Part shown: one piece after another, positions 1-19,523 of the stretch
Layout of the letters: the number at the start of each line of letters is the position of its first letter
How positions within the stretch are numbered: position 1 is the first letter of the stretch
NCBI GenBank assembly: GCA_964016885.1
Contig: OZ024753.1
Location: 40,114,001-40,178,000, forward strand
DNA from: Eledone cirrhosa
Lineage: Eukaryota
Length of the DNA stretch: 64,000 nucleotides
Direction of reading: 5' to 3'
Made by a program: the position numbers and the translations under genes
Notes under the pieces: model-generated
What the model saw: only the letters and a program-made list of their open reading frames with translations
The model's database searches: none
Told to the model about the DNA's origin: nothing

Positions 1-5130
<5,130 letters not shown>

Positions 5131-5437
5131 TACATAAAACAGATGTAAAAGATGGATAAAAAACTTTTATGTGAAAGTAAAGACAATAATGCATTTTATA
5201 GTGTTACGTCAAAGGCTGGCCATTTTATTGAGTTGCCGCCGTCAAGACTCACTGACGGAACACAGTATTGGTAAGATGAAACCAATTTATGACTGCATCG
5301 TCTAATAAACTACATTAATGATGAAGAAGAAGAAGAAGAAGAAGAAGAAGAAGAAATAATTTGTATAATAACACCTTTGTATCTTAAGATATATATCTCT
5401 CTTTATTTAGTAATCCGCTCTCTCTCTTTCTCTCTCT

Positions 5438-5484
<47 letters not shown>

Positions 5485-5507
5485 TATATATATATATATG
5501 TGTGTGT

Positions 5508-5579
<72 letters not shown>

Positions 5580-5584
5580 GTGTG

Positions 5585-5670
<86 letters not shown>

Positions 5671-5929
5671 TATAATTATGTTTTCATAAAATCTTATCTC
5701 CGTTTGCGAAGATCTATTTTTTTCAACAGCCTTAATTAGTTATATATCAAATTCAAATAGTGAAAGGACTATACGCACACCACACACACCACACACATAC
5801 ACACACATACGTACACACACACACATATATATGAATATATTTATAAATAGATTATATATATATATAATATATAATATATATATGTGTATAGATATATACA
5901 TATATAAGTAGTAGTAGTAGTAGTAGTAA

Positions 5930-5980
<51 letters not shown>

Positions 5981-6093
5981 GACCAACAGATGCTGCTAAG
6001 TTTATATCGATAGATGGCGCCACTGACACCGAGGCTTATGCCATTCAGTTCGAAGAGTTTGCCGTCAGTTTGGCATTAATCTTTTATATTTTT

Positions 6094-6281
6094 GGGCAGT
6101 GGATTGGTAGTATCGGTAGAGAGTCGGACGCTATGCTTTGCAGCAAAGAGTTACGGCCCTTGCCATTCTGAGTTCAAATCCCGCCGAGGTTAACTTTGCC
6201 TTTCATCCTTACGGGGTCGATAAAATAAAGTACCAGTAATGCACTGGAATAATTGCTGGCCTTGTGCCGAAAGTAGAAACA
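6094..6281 (+). mobile_element. tRNA-derived SINE family A, full length
   Basis: B-box-like GAGTTCAAATCC; central GCCTTTCATCCTTACGGGGTCGATAAAATAAAGTACCAG; 19-bp TSD ATTAATCTTTTATATTTTT at 6075-6093 and 6282-6300; many copies in the window. Confidence 0.93.
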
Positions 6282-6312
6282 ATTAATCTTTTATATTTTT
6301 TCAAGTTATTCA

Positions 6313-6917
6313 TGTGAAATGAATAGTGTCCATAGCATTAGAGAATTCTCAGAAATAGATGAGATAATATATTGGAGGCAGAATTTGAACTAAGTATACA
6401 AAATACTAGAACAGATTGCACGAGTTATATATCTCACACAAAGAACTCCACCAAATCTCTGCCATAATTTAATATATATAGACATGTTTATCTTTAGTTT
6501 GTATGAGATGAAAGAATGGTATTCATCTAATGTAATGGTACGCGATGGGGCCCACAGTGTCCATGGGATTTCTCAGAGAAAGGTGCGATTATATATTGGA
6601 GGCAGAATTGAACTGTTTACAAAATACTGGTACATATTGCACAAGTTATATATCGCACACAAAGAACTCCACAAAATCTCTGCCATAGATTAGTACATAT
6701 CGATAACAAAACGATGTCGTCCAAAGTTGATCTCAAATGTGTGAAGTGAATAGTGTTCGTGGCATTAGGGATTTCACAGAAATACGTGAGATAATATATA
6801 ACTGTTTACAAAATACTAGAACAAATGGCACTAGTTATCTACCTCACTCAAAAAAACTCCACAAAATCTCTGCCATTATCGATACCAAAACGATGACATC
6901 CAAAGTTGATCTCAATT
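6313..6917 (+). repeat. Degenerate tandem triplication of a ~200-bp unit
   Basis: ACAAAATACT..., AACTCCAC.AAATCTCTGCCAT each occur three times; TCCAAAGTTGATCTCAA occurs twice. Confidence 0.75.
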
Positions 6918-7159
6918 AGATTTGAACTCGGAAATCAGAGGATCAGAGTGCACAGATAAATGTCGTTACCAATTCGAGACTTTAGTGATTCAGCCTTCTC
7001 TGTATACTAATGGACATTATTCTGAAATAAAACATTTATACCGTTGTAATATGTTTGACTAAAACATCTTTATGTATCAAACATTTTTGTAAGAATTTTC
7101 TTAGGTTCTTTGATATATATATATGCATGTATATATATATATATATGCATGTATATATA

Positions 7160-7380
7160 GTGAAGGCGTGTGGCTGAGTGGTTAGAGAATTGGATTCGCA
7201 ATCGTAAGGTTGTGAGTTCGATTCCTGGACCAGGCGACGCGTTATGTCCTTGAGCAAGACACTTTATTTCACGTTGCTCCTTCTACCTGGAGTTGCGACC
7301 GATAGATAGTATTAGCAATTGGAAAGACCAACGGAAACATTGTTCCCTCGGTCCGATTTGACGAAAGTCGATCGTTCCTT
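7160..7380 (+). mobile_element. tRNA-derived SINE family B (CORE-like central domain)
   Basis: A box TGGCTGAGTGG, B box GTTCGATTCC, CORE-like TGTCCTTGAGCAAGACACTT; near-identical copies at 7517 and 51210. Confidence 0.9.
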
Positions 7381-7422
<42 letters not shown>

Positions 7423-7516
7423 GTATATATGTATATATGTATATTGTATACATATATATAGTATATACATATATATATTACATTATATATAATTATTATA
7501 TTTTTATATATTTTTA

Positions 7517-7731
7517 GTGAAGGCGTGTGGCTGAGTGGTTAGAGTATTGGATTCACAATCGTGAGGTTGTGAGTTCGATTCCTGAACCAGGCGATGCGTT
7601 ATGTCCTTGAGCAAGACACTTTATTTCACGTTGCTCCTTCTACCTGGAGTTGCGACCGATAGATAGTATTAGCAATTGGAAAGACCAACGGAAACATAGT
7701 TTCCTCGGTCCGATTTGACGAAAGTCGATCG
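7517..7731 (+). mobile_element. SINE family B, second adjacent copy
   Basis: Near-identical to 7160-7380. Confidence 0.9.
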
Positions 7732-7771
7732 ACTAGAATATATATATATATATGCATGCATATACATATGC

Positions 7772-7881
<110 letters not shown>

Positions 7882-7963
7882 ATATATATATATGTATGTA
7901 TATTTATATATATATAACCAAAATTGAATTAAGGGTGTCATGTCTAAGAAACATTCGCCTTAA

Positions 7964-8000
<37 letters not shown>

Positions 8001-8403
8001 AATTTGTTCAACTATTTTGAATTCAAACATCACACCACATTAATCGGTAGAGAAACCCTGGGGTGTTTATATATTTAATGATAATGGTTGATGGATTCGC
8101 AGCCATCACATTTTCAACAACCTCCTGCCTGTCTCAACGACCAGCAATATTAACCAACACTAATATCATTATTCTAATTTCTCCAACCATGGGAATTATG
8201 CAATCTTATATATGAATGTACATAGTTGCGCACGCTTACACATACACACATATATAGATGCTGACACATATAATCACACACATATAACCACATATACACA
8301 CATGTACTTATATAACACATCAAGGTTCATATGAACTGGGAAATTTGAATTGGTAGACTGCCCAGTTTCAAACTGAATCCATCCTGATTTATACACACAT
8401 GTA

Positions 8404-8443
<40 letters not shown>

Positions 8444-8445
<2 letters not shown>

Positions 8446-8519
8446 GGCTGTCCCAAAGATATACATACGCTATGATTAGAATGCTGTTGAAGTGTGTATA
8501 CATCTTTTTGGACACCCTT
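8444..8519. mobile_element. Tc1/mariner-type MITE (~76 bp), degenerate
   Basis: Imperfect TIRs CAGGCTGTCCCAAAGAT...ATCTTTTTGGACACCCT in a TA context. Confidence 0.65.
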
Positions 8520-8541
8520 TAAATATATATATATATACATA

Positions 8542-8617
8542 CAAGGTGTCCCAAAATGTGTATACACACTTTAATTAGCATGCTCATGAGGTGTGTATAC
8601 ATTTTTTAGACACGCTG
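8542..8617. mobile_element. Tc1/mariner-type MITE (~76 bp)
   Basis: TA-CAAGGTGTCCCAAAATGTGTATACAC...GTGTATACATTTTTTAGACACGCTG-TA; TA TSD. Confidence 0.75.
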
Positions 8618-8669
8618 TATATATACATAGTTAAAAAGGTAAGACTGGACACAGTACAGCATTATATAT

Positions 8670-8728
<59 letters not shown>

Positions 8729-8968
8729 TGAATAATAGTAGTCGTATAATCTTTTATTTTTCTTCTTTACTTAGACAAAAGGTTAATTTTGAAAAAAGAA
8801 GAAAAAATGTTCATAAAATATATAAAATATGACAGGTTTCGTTGTAACCCATCTTATGAAATATTAAATAATAAAATTAAAACTTAAAAATCAAATATTA
8901 AGATTGAAGTATATCTGTTCATATTTTTTCATGTTGTGAGCATATATATATATAAATATATATATATA

Positions 8969-9094
8969 TAGGAACGAAATGGCTTGAGCTCAGCCGTCGG
9001 GGTCCTACTCGTTCCTATTACCCACTCTACTACCGTAAGTATTGAGTACTTTGGTGCGTTATGGTCCATCTGGTTCCTTACCACATTTCCTTCG

Positions 9095-9097
<3 letters not shown>
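8969..9097 (+). mobile_element. Fold-back element family C (PLE-terminus-like), very short inverted stub
   Basis: TAGGAACGA stub joined to the hammerhead 3' half and the 80-nt tail ending TTCGTTA; flanked by (TA)n. Confidence 0.85.
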
Positions 9098-9163
<66 letters not shown>

Positions 9164-9294
9164 CATATATATATATATTTATATATAAATATATATATAT
9201 ATATATATACATACATATATATATATATATTTATATATATATATACACATATATACATATATATATATATTTATATATAAAAATATATATATAT

Positions 9295-9369
<75 letters not shown>

Positions 9370-9432
9370 TATATTATATATACACATATATATTTATATA
9401 TATTTATATATATATATATATATATACGCACG

Positions 9433-9536
<104 letters not shown>

Positions 9537-9994
9537 CATAAATATATACACCCATTTTGGCGAAGGTTAGGGAAGACAGGGGTAGGTACTGGGTTATTTT
9601 CGTCTTCTCACTATCTAACTAAGCATGAACAACTATTGTCACTTGAGAATTTCCTCATTTTGTTATTTTCATTTTTATTTTAATTCTTTGTATTTTATTC
9701 TTTCGTTTATTTTAGTTGCTGTTTTGTTTTTCTGATTGCCCCCCCCCTCCCCCTCCCTCTCCGCACATATCGCTCTTCCCCTCATTGTCTTTTATTTACA
9801 TTTAAAAAAAAACGTGTTATGTATTTGATAATTAGGGTTTTGTTTATGATTTCTCTCTCTTTTTATTTGGCTTTTATTGATGTTGTTGCATATCTTTTAG
9901 AGAGAAAAAAAAAGACAAATAGATAACTTTAGGAGTATGTGCAACAGAAGCAGACAAGGAGAAAGAGGTGAGTAGATGAAAGAGAGGAATATAA

Positions 9995-10038
<44 letters not shown>

Positions 10039-10101
10039 GTATATATATATATATATTTATGTATATATATATATATATTTATGTATATATATATATATAT
10101 T

Positions 10102-10138
<37 letters not shown>

Positions 10139-10203
10139 GTATATATATATATATATTTATGTATATATATATATATTTATGTATATATATATATATATTT
10201 ATG

Positions 10204-10235
<32 letters not shown>

Positions 10236-10238
10236 TGC

Positions 10239-10270
<32 letters not shown>

Positions 10271-10590
10271 GCATATATATACATATATATATATATATGT
10301 ATGTATATATATATATACATACATATATATACATATATATATATATATGTATGTATATATATATATATATACATACATATATATATATATATATATACAT
10401 ACATACATATATATATATACATACATACATATATATATACATACATATATATATATATACATACATATATACATACATACATATATATATATACATACAT
10501 ACATATATATATACATACATATATATATATATACATACATATATATATACATACATATATATATATATGTATATACATATATATATATAT

Positions 10591-10648
10591 ATGAAGATTT
10601 CATCTGAATGAAACAGTACTAGTCCTGTAGAAGCTCCTTCTATAAAAT
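10591..10648 (+). mobile_element. Family D fragment with partial hammerhead
   Basis: TGAAGA-TTTC ATCT GAAT-GAAACAG TACTAGTC CTGTA GAAGC; 5' strand of stem I is missing; lies within (TA)n. Confidence 0.75.
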
Positions 10649-10806
10649 AAATATATATATATATATATATATATATGCATTTATATATATACATATATAT
10701 ATATATACATATATGTATATAAATATATATATATATATATATACATATATATGTATACATATGTATACATATATATACATATGTATACATATATATATAT
10801 ATATGT

Positions 10807-10860
10807 GTAATAGGAACCAGTAAGACCCCGACAGCTGAGCTCAAGCCGTTTCGACGGCTA
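10807..10860 (-). mobile_element. Family C fragment (hammerhead 3' half)
   Basis: TAGGAACCAGTAAGACCCCGACAGCTGAGCTCAAGCCGTTTCGACGGCTA between TA tracts. Confidence 0.85.
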
Positions 10861-10891
<31 letters not shown>

Positions 10892-10893
10892 GC

Positions 10894-10930
<37 letters not shown>

Positions 10931-10931
10931 A

Positions 10932-10964
<33 letters not shown>

Positions 10965-11132
10965 GATATATATATATGTCCATCTGTTTCGTTGTGTTCC
11001 AATGTGCACTGGAACGAACAGTATCAAGCTGAAATTACCGAAACTGTGGTGATATCCTCAGGTTAATTGAAAAGATTCTACTGTCTGTATATCCGTTTTT
11101 CCCCGTTATCTTATACTTATATATATATATAC

Positions 11133-11260
<128 letters not shown>

Positions 11261-11824
11261 TATATATATACATATATATATGCATATACATATACACAAT
11301 ACATAAATACATATATATATATACACACACAAACACTTATATATATATATATATAATGGAAAATTTGAACAGGAACAAAACAGAGAGGCAGTACAACGAA
11401 TGTTTATTAATTTCACGCTCTGGAGAGTGGGATGGTGGTATACACACATTTATATATATATATGTAATATTACATAAGTTATAGATTTATCTTGCACGTA
11501 AAACCATTTGGAACACAATCAACAGGTACCCCATGTATCATTTCTCATTCCAGTGAATTTTCCACCTGAAGAACTAAAGATTCCTTGCAGTGAAGTCTCA
11601 GAAGGGGACCGAACTGAAGCCAAATATTAAAACATAAGAAAGATATGTTACACCCAGTTCTGATTAAAATAACTACAAAGTTGGTCCAAGTCTAGATGGT
11701 TAATTCTAGAATAGAAGACGGCGTTGATAATAGCAATAGCGACATTATTAATAACAATAACAATAACAACCAGAATAATAATTATTATTATCATATTGAT
11801 AACAACAACAACAACAACAACAAC

Positions 11825-11877
<53 letters not shown>

Positions 11878-12246
11878 CATTTGAAAAATTGAGCAAGTAT
11901 AAGGACCTGGAGATAGAAATTGGAAAAATGTGGAAATTGAGAACTAAAACAATACCAGTGGTTGTAGGCGCTCTGGGAATGATACCTAAGGGGTCTAATG
12001 ATTACATATCGCAAATCCCAGGAAACCCGCGTATAGGAGAAATACAAAAGATAGTACTAATGGGAACTGCCCATATACTAAGGAAGATTCTGTCAATATA
12101 AGTACATCACAAGTCTAAACACTAAAGATGCATGTGTGAATATGTATGTTCTTTCTTGAACATGGCGGACCTTGTTGTCTCTTGAGGTCACTGGTTGTGA
12201 CTTGGTGATAACTCGTATGAACATAAAGCAAGATAAATGCAACTGT
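11878..12246 (+). mobile_element. R4/Dong-like non-LTR retrotransposon 3' fragment (restriction-like endonuclease C-terminus plus 3'UTR)
   Basis: Translation EKLSKYKDLEIEIGKMW...IPVVVGALGMIPK...EIQKIVLMGTAHILRK*; flanked by (TAA)n. Confidence 0.85.
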
Positions 12247-12261
12247 AATAATAATAATAAA

Positions 12262-12493
12262 AGTGGTCCCGATTGTCATAGGCGCACTAGGTACTATCTC
12301 CCAAAGAGTGTCCAAGGATGGTTAAAGAAAATTAGTCCCGTCACGCTTTTTGGAATACTTCAAAAGGCATGCTTGCTGGGAACTGCAAGAACCCTACGAT
12401 ACGACCTGAATATCTGAGGCTGCAGGTAGTGGCTTGATATTCATTTCAACAAACTTTCCAGTTAAATAACATCAATGACTGAGACTCAAAGAA
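12262..12493 (+). mobile_element. Second, divergent R4/Dong-like 3' fragment
   Basis: VVPIVIGALGTI, frameshift, then ...LQKACLLGTARTLR*; (TAA)n on both sides. Confidence 0.8.
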
Positions 12494-12494
12494 C

Positions 12495-12534
<40 letters not shown>

Positions 12535-12559
12535 TAAAGATAAATGGTAACAATAATGA

Positions 12560-13587
12560 TTTCTTTATTAACCACAAGGGTTTACATAAAGTAGACATTA
12601 AGGACAGTGCAGGACAATGCAGGACGGTACAAATGGGCATTTCTGCGTGTAAAAAAAACAAAAACAGAGGATGTAACAAAAATAACAATGAAAATAACAA
12701 TGAAAAATTCCCCAATAGGGGGGAGACTTCGGAGGGACATTTGTGGAGAAAGCCCAGTAAAAAGCCACAATGACCCTGACCACCAAGGCAAGTGCCCTCT
12801 CCCAGTTTTCCACCTTTAGTTTACAGATATATACTCAGAGTCGGCCCATTCACTCGGGCCATTCTTGCTTCTCTCACCCATCTTTCAACAAAATGCTGGG
12901 AAGAGAGCACTTCCTTCTCTACTCTGATTTTCCTTTTCAAATGAAATTTGAAAAAGTCAATCAGAGCATCACCGAAGAGGTAAGTGCTCGTCTTCAGCCC
13001 TTTCAAACGTGTCCACCATACTATCTCTTTCGCCATGGCCACCAGACAGATAAAAACTGCCTGCCCTTCCCGGCTAAAGGAGGAGGGCGGGGCAATCCTC
13101 ACGATAGACTCAGATGATAGCTGGATCCGTCCTAAACGCGACAGCAGGTGTTCGACATAAACCCACAAGTCAGCAATTTTCGGACACTGGACGAGTGCGT
13201 GCAGGACGGTTTCGTCGCCCTGCGCGCATCTCGGACATGCCCGGCTGACGGCACCTCCATGCCTGTAGAGTTTATCCCGAACTGGCAAGGCTCCTCGGTA
13301 GCACTGCCAGGCCAGAGATTTCTGGAAGTTGTCCATAGGCCCTGGCCCGAAAGTTCTTCCGAAGAGATTGGCTAGTTGATTTTCGTCGACGCCTAGAGTT
13401 TCCCCAAGTACGTCGTCGCTCTTCCCCTCCACTAATCCTCTATAGAACGCCGAGGTGGAGTTTCCACCGATCACATTGCCCGATTGGTCGAGGGCTGTGA
13501 GCGCCTGAAGACATTCCAGTCTCCAGGCGCTCCCTCTCGGTCTTCGCTTGACCCAGGACTGCAGCTCCGTCAAGGAAACGAGCTGGG
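12560..13587 (-). mobile_element. 5'-truncated L1/Tx1-clade LINE (ORF2 C-terminus with CCHC zinc knuckle, 3'UTR)
   Basis: ORF 12821-13573 contains CPRC...ETVLHALVQC; 3' end TGTGGTTAATAAAGAAA; 21-bp TSD GATAAATGGTAACAATAATGA at 12539-12559 and 13588-13608. Confidence 0.92.
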
Positions 13588-13738
13588 GATAAATGGTAAC
13601 AATAATGACAACTATTTATCTTTATTTTATTATTCTGTTTAATAATAAAAATGACAAAAGTAATAATAAATGTAATAAAACTAATAATAATGACGATGTT
13701 GAAAATTGTCATAAGAATGTTAATGTGTGTATATATAT

Positions 13739-13779
<41 letters not shown>

Positions 13780-13786
13780 CACACAG

Positions 13787-13832
<46 letters not shown>

Positions 13833-14625
13833 GCACACACACACATAAACGAATGTATATATGAGTGTTCGTTTATGGTTTCTGTGTAGGCGCACACTTG
13901 CTTGTGCATGTTTCCATTCATATATATATGTATATATGTATGTAAGTGTGTAGGTATGTCTATATATCTATATATGTATGTGTATGTATGTCTATATATG
14001 TATGTATATATGTGTATGTATGTCTATATATGTATGTATATATGTGTATGTATGTCTATATATGTATGTATGCATGCATATAATGAAAGATACGTAACAT
14101 TTTATAAACAAGTTCGGTCACTGCCTCATTGCTTCAGTAAAATGTGTAGTTCGCTTAATAAAATGCTTTTGGCAAATGTGTTCTTATCAACTGATACTGT
14201 TATAAAATACACGTTTTAGTAAACAATGTGGAATCAGATTCAAATAATTTGAAGGTCTGGCCGGTTTGATACTGTTAACACTGTTTGTTGATTCTATTTG
14301 TTAGTTTTGAAATTTTATGCTAGACAAAAGTGTTGCTGTTTGCTTCTAGCTTCGTGATACGTGATTCGTGTGGTTGTTATTGTTAATATTGTATGCATTG
14401 GATTTAGTACCGTAACAGAGAAGTATTCTCTTTGCCAAACCAAATTTGGAACTTTGTTTAGATTCTAGAATAACGTCAAACACCTTGAAAAGCTGAAAGT
14501 AAAACCAAAAATCAAAAAATAAAATCATCATTCGATGCTGTTTCGCATTCCTTTCCTCTTAATCTAAAAAGCTGAAATACTAACAGATATCCATTTCTGT
14601 GTTTCACAGTTTTGTAACTATTTCG

Positions 14626-14859
14626 AAATTTAAAGTGGATGTGATTTGCCATTATTGAGTAACTACTTGTTATGTCATTATCAAAGTCATGAAATATCTT
14701 TTGTACTTTCACCACTCTCACTTGCTTCTCCTTTTCCCTCTTCTTTCTGGGTTCCCCTATGATTAAAAACGTCTAAGATACGCCATTTATCAGGACGGCC
14801 ACACCAAGCCTCCAGTATATGTATATATATATATATGGATATGTATACATACATATATG

Positions 14860-14906
<47 letters not shown>

Positions 14907-14907
14907 G

Positions 14908-14954
<47 letters not shown>

Positions 14955-15049
14955 GTGGATATGTATACATACATATATGTATATATATATATACATATAT
15001 ATATATATACATATATATATATATGTGGATATGTATACATACATATATG

Positions 15050-15110
<61 letters not shown>

Positions 15111-15131
15111 ATATGTATACATACATATATG

Positions 15132-15162
<31 letters not shown>

Positions 15163-15185
15163 GGATATGTATACATACATATATG

Positions 15186-15229
<44 letters not shown>

Positions 15230-15252
15230 TATGTATACATACATATATGTAA

Positions 15253-15320
<68 letters not shown>

Positions 15321-15780
15321 GAATATATATATGTATATATATATATATGTATATATATATATGAATATATATATATGAATATATATATATGAATATATAT
15401 ATATACATATGTATATATATATATGTATATATATATATAAATATATATGTTTATATATATACATATATATAAACATATATATATACACACATATATATAT
15501 ACATATATATATATGTTTATATATAAACATATATATATACACACATATATATACATATATATATATACACACACACATATATATATATATATATATTATA
15601 TATATACAAATATATATAATATATATATAAATATATATATATATATGTATATATATATATTATATATACAAATATATATAATATATATGTATATATATAT
15701 ATTATATATTCAAATATATATAAATATGTATATTATATATACAAATATATATAATATATATATCTATATATACATATATA

Positions 15781-15827
<47 letters not shown>

Positions 15828-16069
15828 ATATATGTATATACATATATATATATATATATACATATATACATATATATACATATATACATATATATATGTA
15901 TATACATATATATATGTATATACATATATATATGTATATACATATATATATACATATATATACATATATACATATATATATGTATATACATATATATATA
16001 CATATATATACATATATACATATATATATGTATATACATATAGATATATATATACATATATATATATAT

Positions 16070-16108
<39 letters not shown>

Positions 16109-16109
16109 C

Positions 16110-16144
<35 letters not shown>

Positions 16145-16388
16145 CATATATACATATATATGTATATATATATATATATATACATATATACATATATATA
16201 TATTTATATATATATTATATATATTTGTATATATAATATATATATATATATATATGTGTGTGTGTATATATATATATGTATATATGTGTGTGTATATATA
16301 TATGTTTATATATAAACATATATATATATGTATATATATATGTGTGTATATATATATGTTTATATATATGTATATATATAAACATATA

Positions 16389-16446
<58 letters not shown>

Positions 16447-16828
16447 CATATGTATATATATATATTCATATATATATATTCATATATATATATACATATA
16501 TATATATATGTATATATATATATTTACATATATGTATGTATACATATCCACATATATATATATATGTATATATATATGTATATATATATATACATATATG
16601 TATGTACACATATCCATATATATATATATATACATATACTGGAGGCTTGGTGTGGCCGTCCTGATAAATGGCGTATCTTAGACGTTTTTAATCATAGGGG
16701 AACCCAGAAAGAAGAGGGAAAAGGAGAAGCAAGTGAGAGTGGTGAAAGTACAAAAGACATTTCATGACTTTGATAATGACATAACAAGTAGTTACTCAAT
16801 AATGGCAAATCACATCCACTTTAAATTT
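14626..16828. repeat. Large inverted duplication centred on a (TA)n-rich tract
   Basis: 14626-14817 is the reverse complement of 16637-16828 (one mismatch seen); the interruption pattern of the adjacent microsatellite is also mirrored. Confidence 0.92.
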
Positions 16829-16915
16829 GCCTTTCATCCTTAAGAGGTCGATAAAATAAAGTACCAGTAATGTACTGGGTAATTGCTGGCCTTGTGCCAA
16901 TAGTAGAAACAATTA
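16826..16915 (+). mobile_element. SINE family A, 5'-truncated
   Basis: TTTGCCTTTCATCC...GTAGAAACAATTA. Confidence 0.88.
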
Positions 16916-17566
16916 TTAGCTGAGGACAAATATAGGGTAAGCTAAACAAAAGCTGAAGAGGGTATTAGGTTATTAGCCACAATAATGTCGCTATTTTCTG
17001 TTGTAAATACTTGGTGGGAATTCCATTCTCCTAGATTACACGGAATTAACCTTCAAGGTGAAATATTGTTAATTTATCAGTAATCCAAACCAGCTTTTGT
17101 TTTGTTGGTCCACTGCCGAGGTAGATGTTGAGATAGAATTAATATATTTTTTCACACAATTACCAAGATAGACTCGAAGAATATGCTAAAGACATTAGGT
17201 TGTAAATCATGTATGCATCAAGATACAGTTGAATTTCTATGATGAGCCAATTTCATGACAAGACACCTTAACATGTTTTGTAAACAAAAGATGTCTTAAA
17301 TAATAGGAGACGCCGATTGTTCTCTGTGTTCTCTGTGTTTCTGATGCTGGTGATGATGATTATGATGTCTAAGCAGCGAAAGTATACGTGACATGCAGCC
17401 ACAATTCACGAATATGTACAGACCGAATTGTACATAAATGGATGTATACATTCATCTATGTACTTATATGTTTGTTTTGTTTATATATATATATATATAC
17501 TTGTATATATATATATATACATACATATATATACACATATATACACATATATATACATATACATAT

Positions 17567-17597
<31 letters not shown>

Positions 17598-17838
17598 TAC
17601 ATATATACATATATATATACATATATACATATATATATACATATATATATATACATATATATATACATACATATATATACATATATATATACATACATAT
17701 ATATATACATATATATATACATACATATATATATACATATATATATACATACATACAAATATATACATACACACATACAAATATATACATACACACATAC
17801 AAATATATACATACATACAAATATATACATACATACAA

Positions 17839-17881
<43 letters not shown>

Positions 17882-17890
17882 ATATATATT

Positions 17891-17934
<44 letters not shown>

Positions 17935-18115
17935 CATATATATTCATACATATATATACATATATATACACATATATATATATATACATATATACATATA
18001 TATATACATATATACATATATATATACATATATATATATACATATATATATATATACATATATATATACATACATACAAATATATACATACAAATATATA
18101 CATACATACAAATAT

Positions 18116-18148
<33 letters not shown>

Positions 18149-18384
18149 GGCATGGAGACACACGTCTCGTTGTGTAGCCATATACTGATGACATTGTGAG
18201 GGTAATATGAACTTTTGTTGATGTGTCTAACCTGTCTGTTCATTTAGGTGTTTGGTAAGAATTATATGTGAGGTCGCTCTACTGTTAAAAAGGAGACTTT
18301 TATCTCAAATATGATATATTTTGAATGTCGATATCATTTGTATCTGCTTATCTACTAGAGAACTCTTAATATCTATCAAATAAG

Positions 18385-18569
18385 AGTTTCTACGTTTTGG
18401 CACAAGGCCAACGATTATCCCAGTGCATATCTGGTACTTTATTTTATCGACTCCGTAAGGATGAAAGGCAAAGCTAACATCGGCGGATTTGAACTCAGAA
18501 CGCAAAGGGCCATAACTATGCTGCAAAGCATGGCGTCTGACGCTCTACCGATACTGCCAAACCACCGCC
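18385..18569 (-). mobile_element. SINE family A
   Basis: Reverse complement of family A; TSD CTATCAAATAAG at 18373-18384 and 18570-18581. Confidence 0.9.
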
Positions 18570-19322
18570 CTATCAAATAAGGCCATTTATTTTGATGAGA
18601 AATATCTATTATGTCAAACTATGTGATGACATCTTAGCTATTCTACAACTGCACTAGCTCGATTTGTTCTCTGATGGTAGCAATTTCTTTCTAAGTATAT
18701 TTTTTTTATTAACTAGACTTATCTCGGTTCTGGCAGGGTTAAGAAGCCTGCAAGTGGGGTTATTGGTGAAATGACCTTTGTGGTCAATCAGAATTGTTAA
18801 GCCCTCCCGATTAACAAAGTATTTAAGTTTCTTATCTATGTTTAGGCTCCCGCTTAACCAAGTATTCTAATTTCTTATCTATGCTTAGGCTACTGGTTAA
18901 GTATTTCATGTTAACGGGAATTACATTTTTGGTAGCGGGAATTACATTTTTGTATTTGTTAATTATACTTTTAAGTAGAAGTTAGCTACGTCTAACGTTA
19001 TTTATCTTACATAGGTTGTTAGTTTTATCAGAAAGTACGAATGTTTTGTTGGAAAATCTAAATGATTTAGATATTCCAACTTTATTTTGAATATTATTGG
19101 AGTATCTACAGAAGGGGGTATTGACAACTATGTCTGCTATAAGAGGGATGAGGTCTTTAACATTAAAGGGGAGATTTGGGGCCTTAGATTGAATATATCA
19201 ACTGTACTATCAACTGTACAAGATGGAAAATATCACGGATGATATTTTCCATCTTAAACATTTAACCACGTCTTCTAATTCCTACACTGCCAAGCCACCG
19301 CATTTAAAGAGTAATAATAATG

Positions 19323-19523
19323 GGTTTTGATTTAGGCACGAGGCCAACAATTATGGGGGATGGGAAAGATCCCAGTGCATTACTGCTACTTTATTTTATC
19401 GACAACGTAAGGTTAAAAGGCAAAGCTAACCTCGTCGGGATTTGAACTCAGAATATAAAGGCCCGTAGTTATACGCCACAAAGCATGGTGTACGAAGCTC
19501 TACCTACACAGCCAATCGACCGC
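19323..19523 (-). mobile_element. SINE family A, diverged long-3' variant
   Basis: Shares the core and GGATTTGAACTCAG with family A. Confidence 0.8.

Noticed and set aside
6094-7380. tRNA genes
   Set aside because: The A/B boxes belong to SINE heads with bodies, tails and TSDs; no intact cloverleaf was seen.
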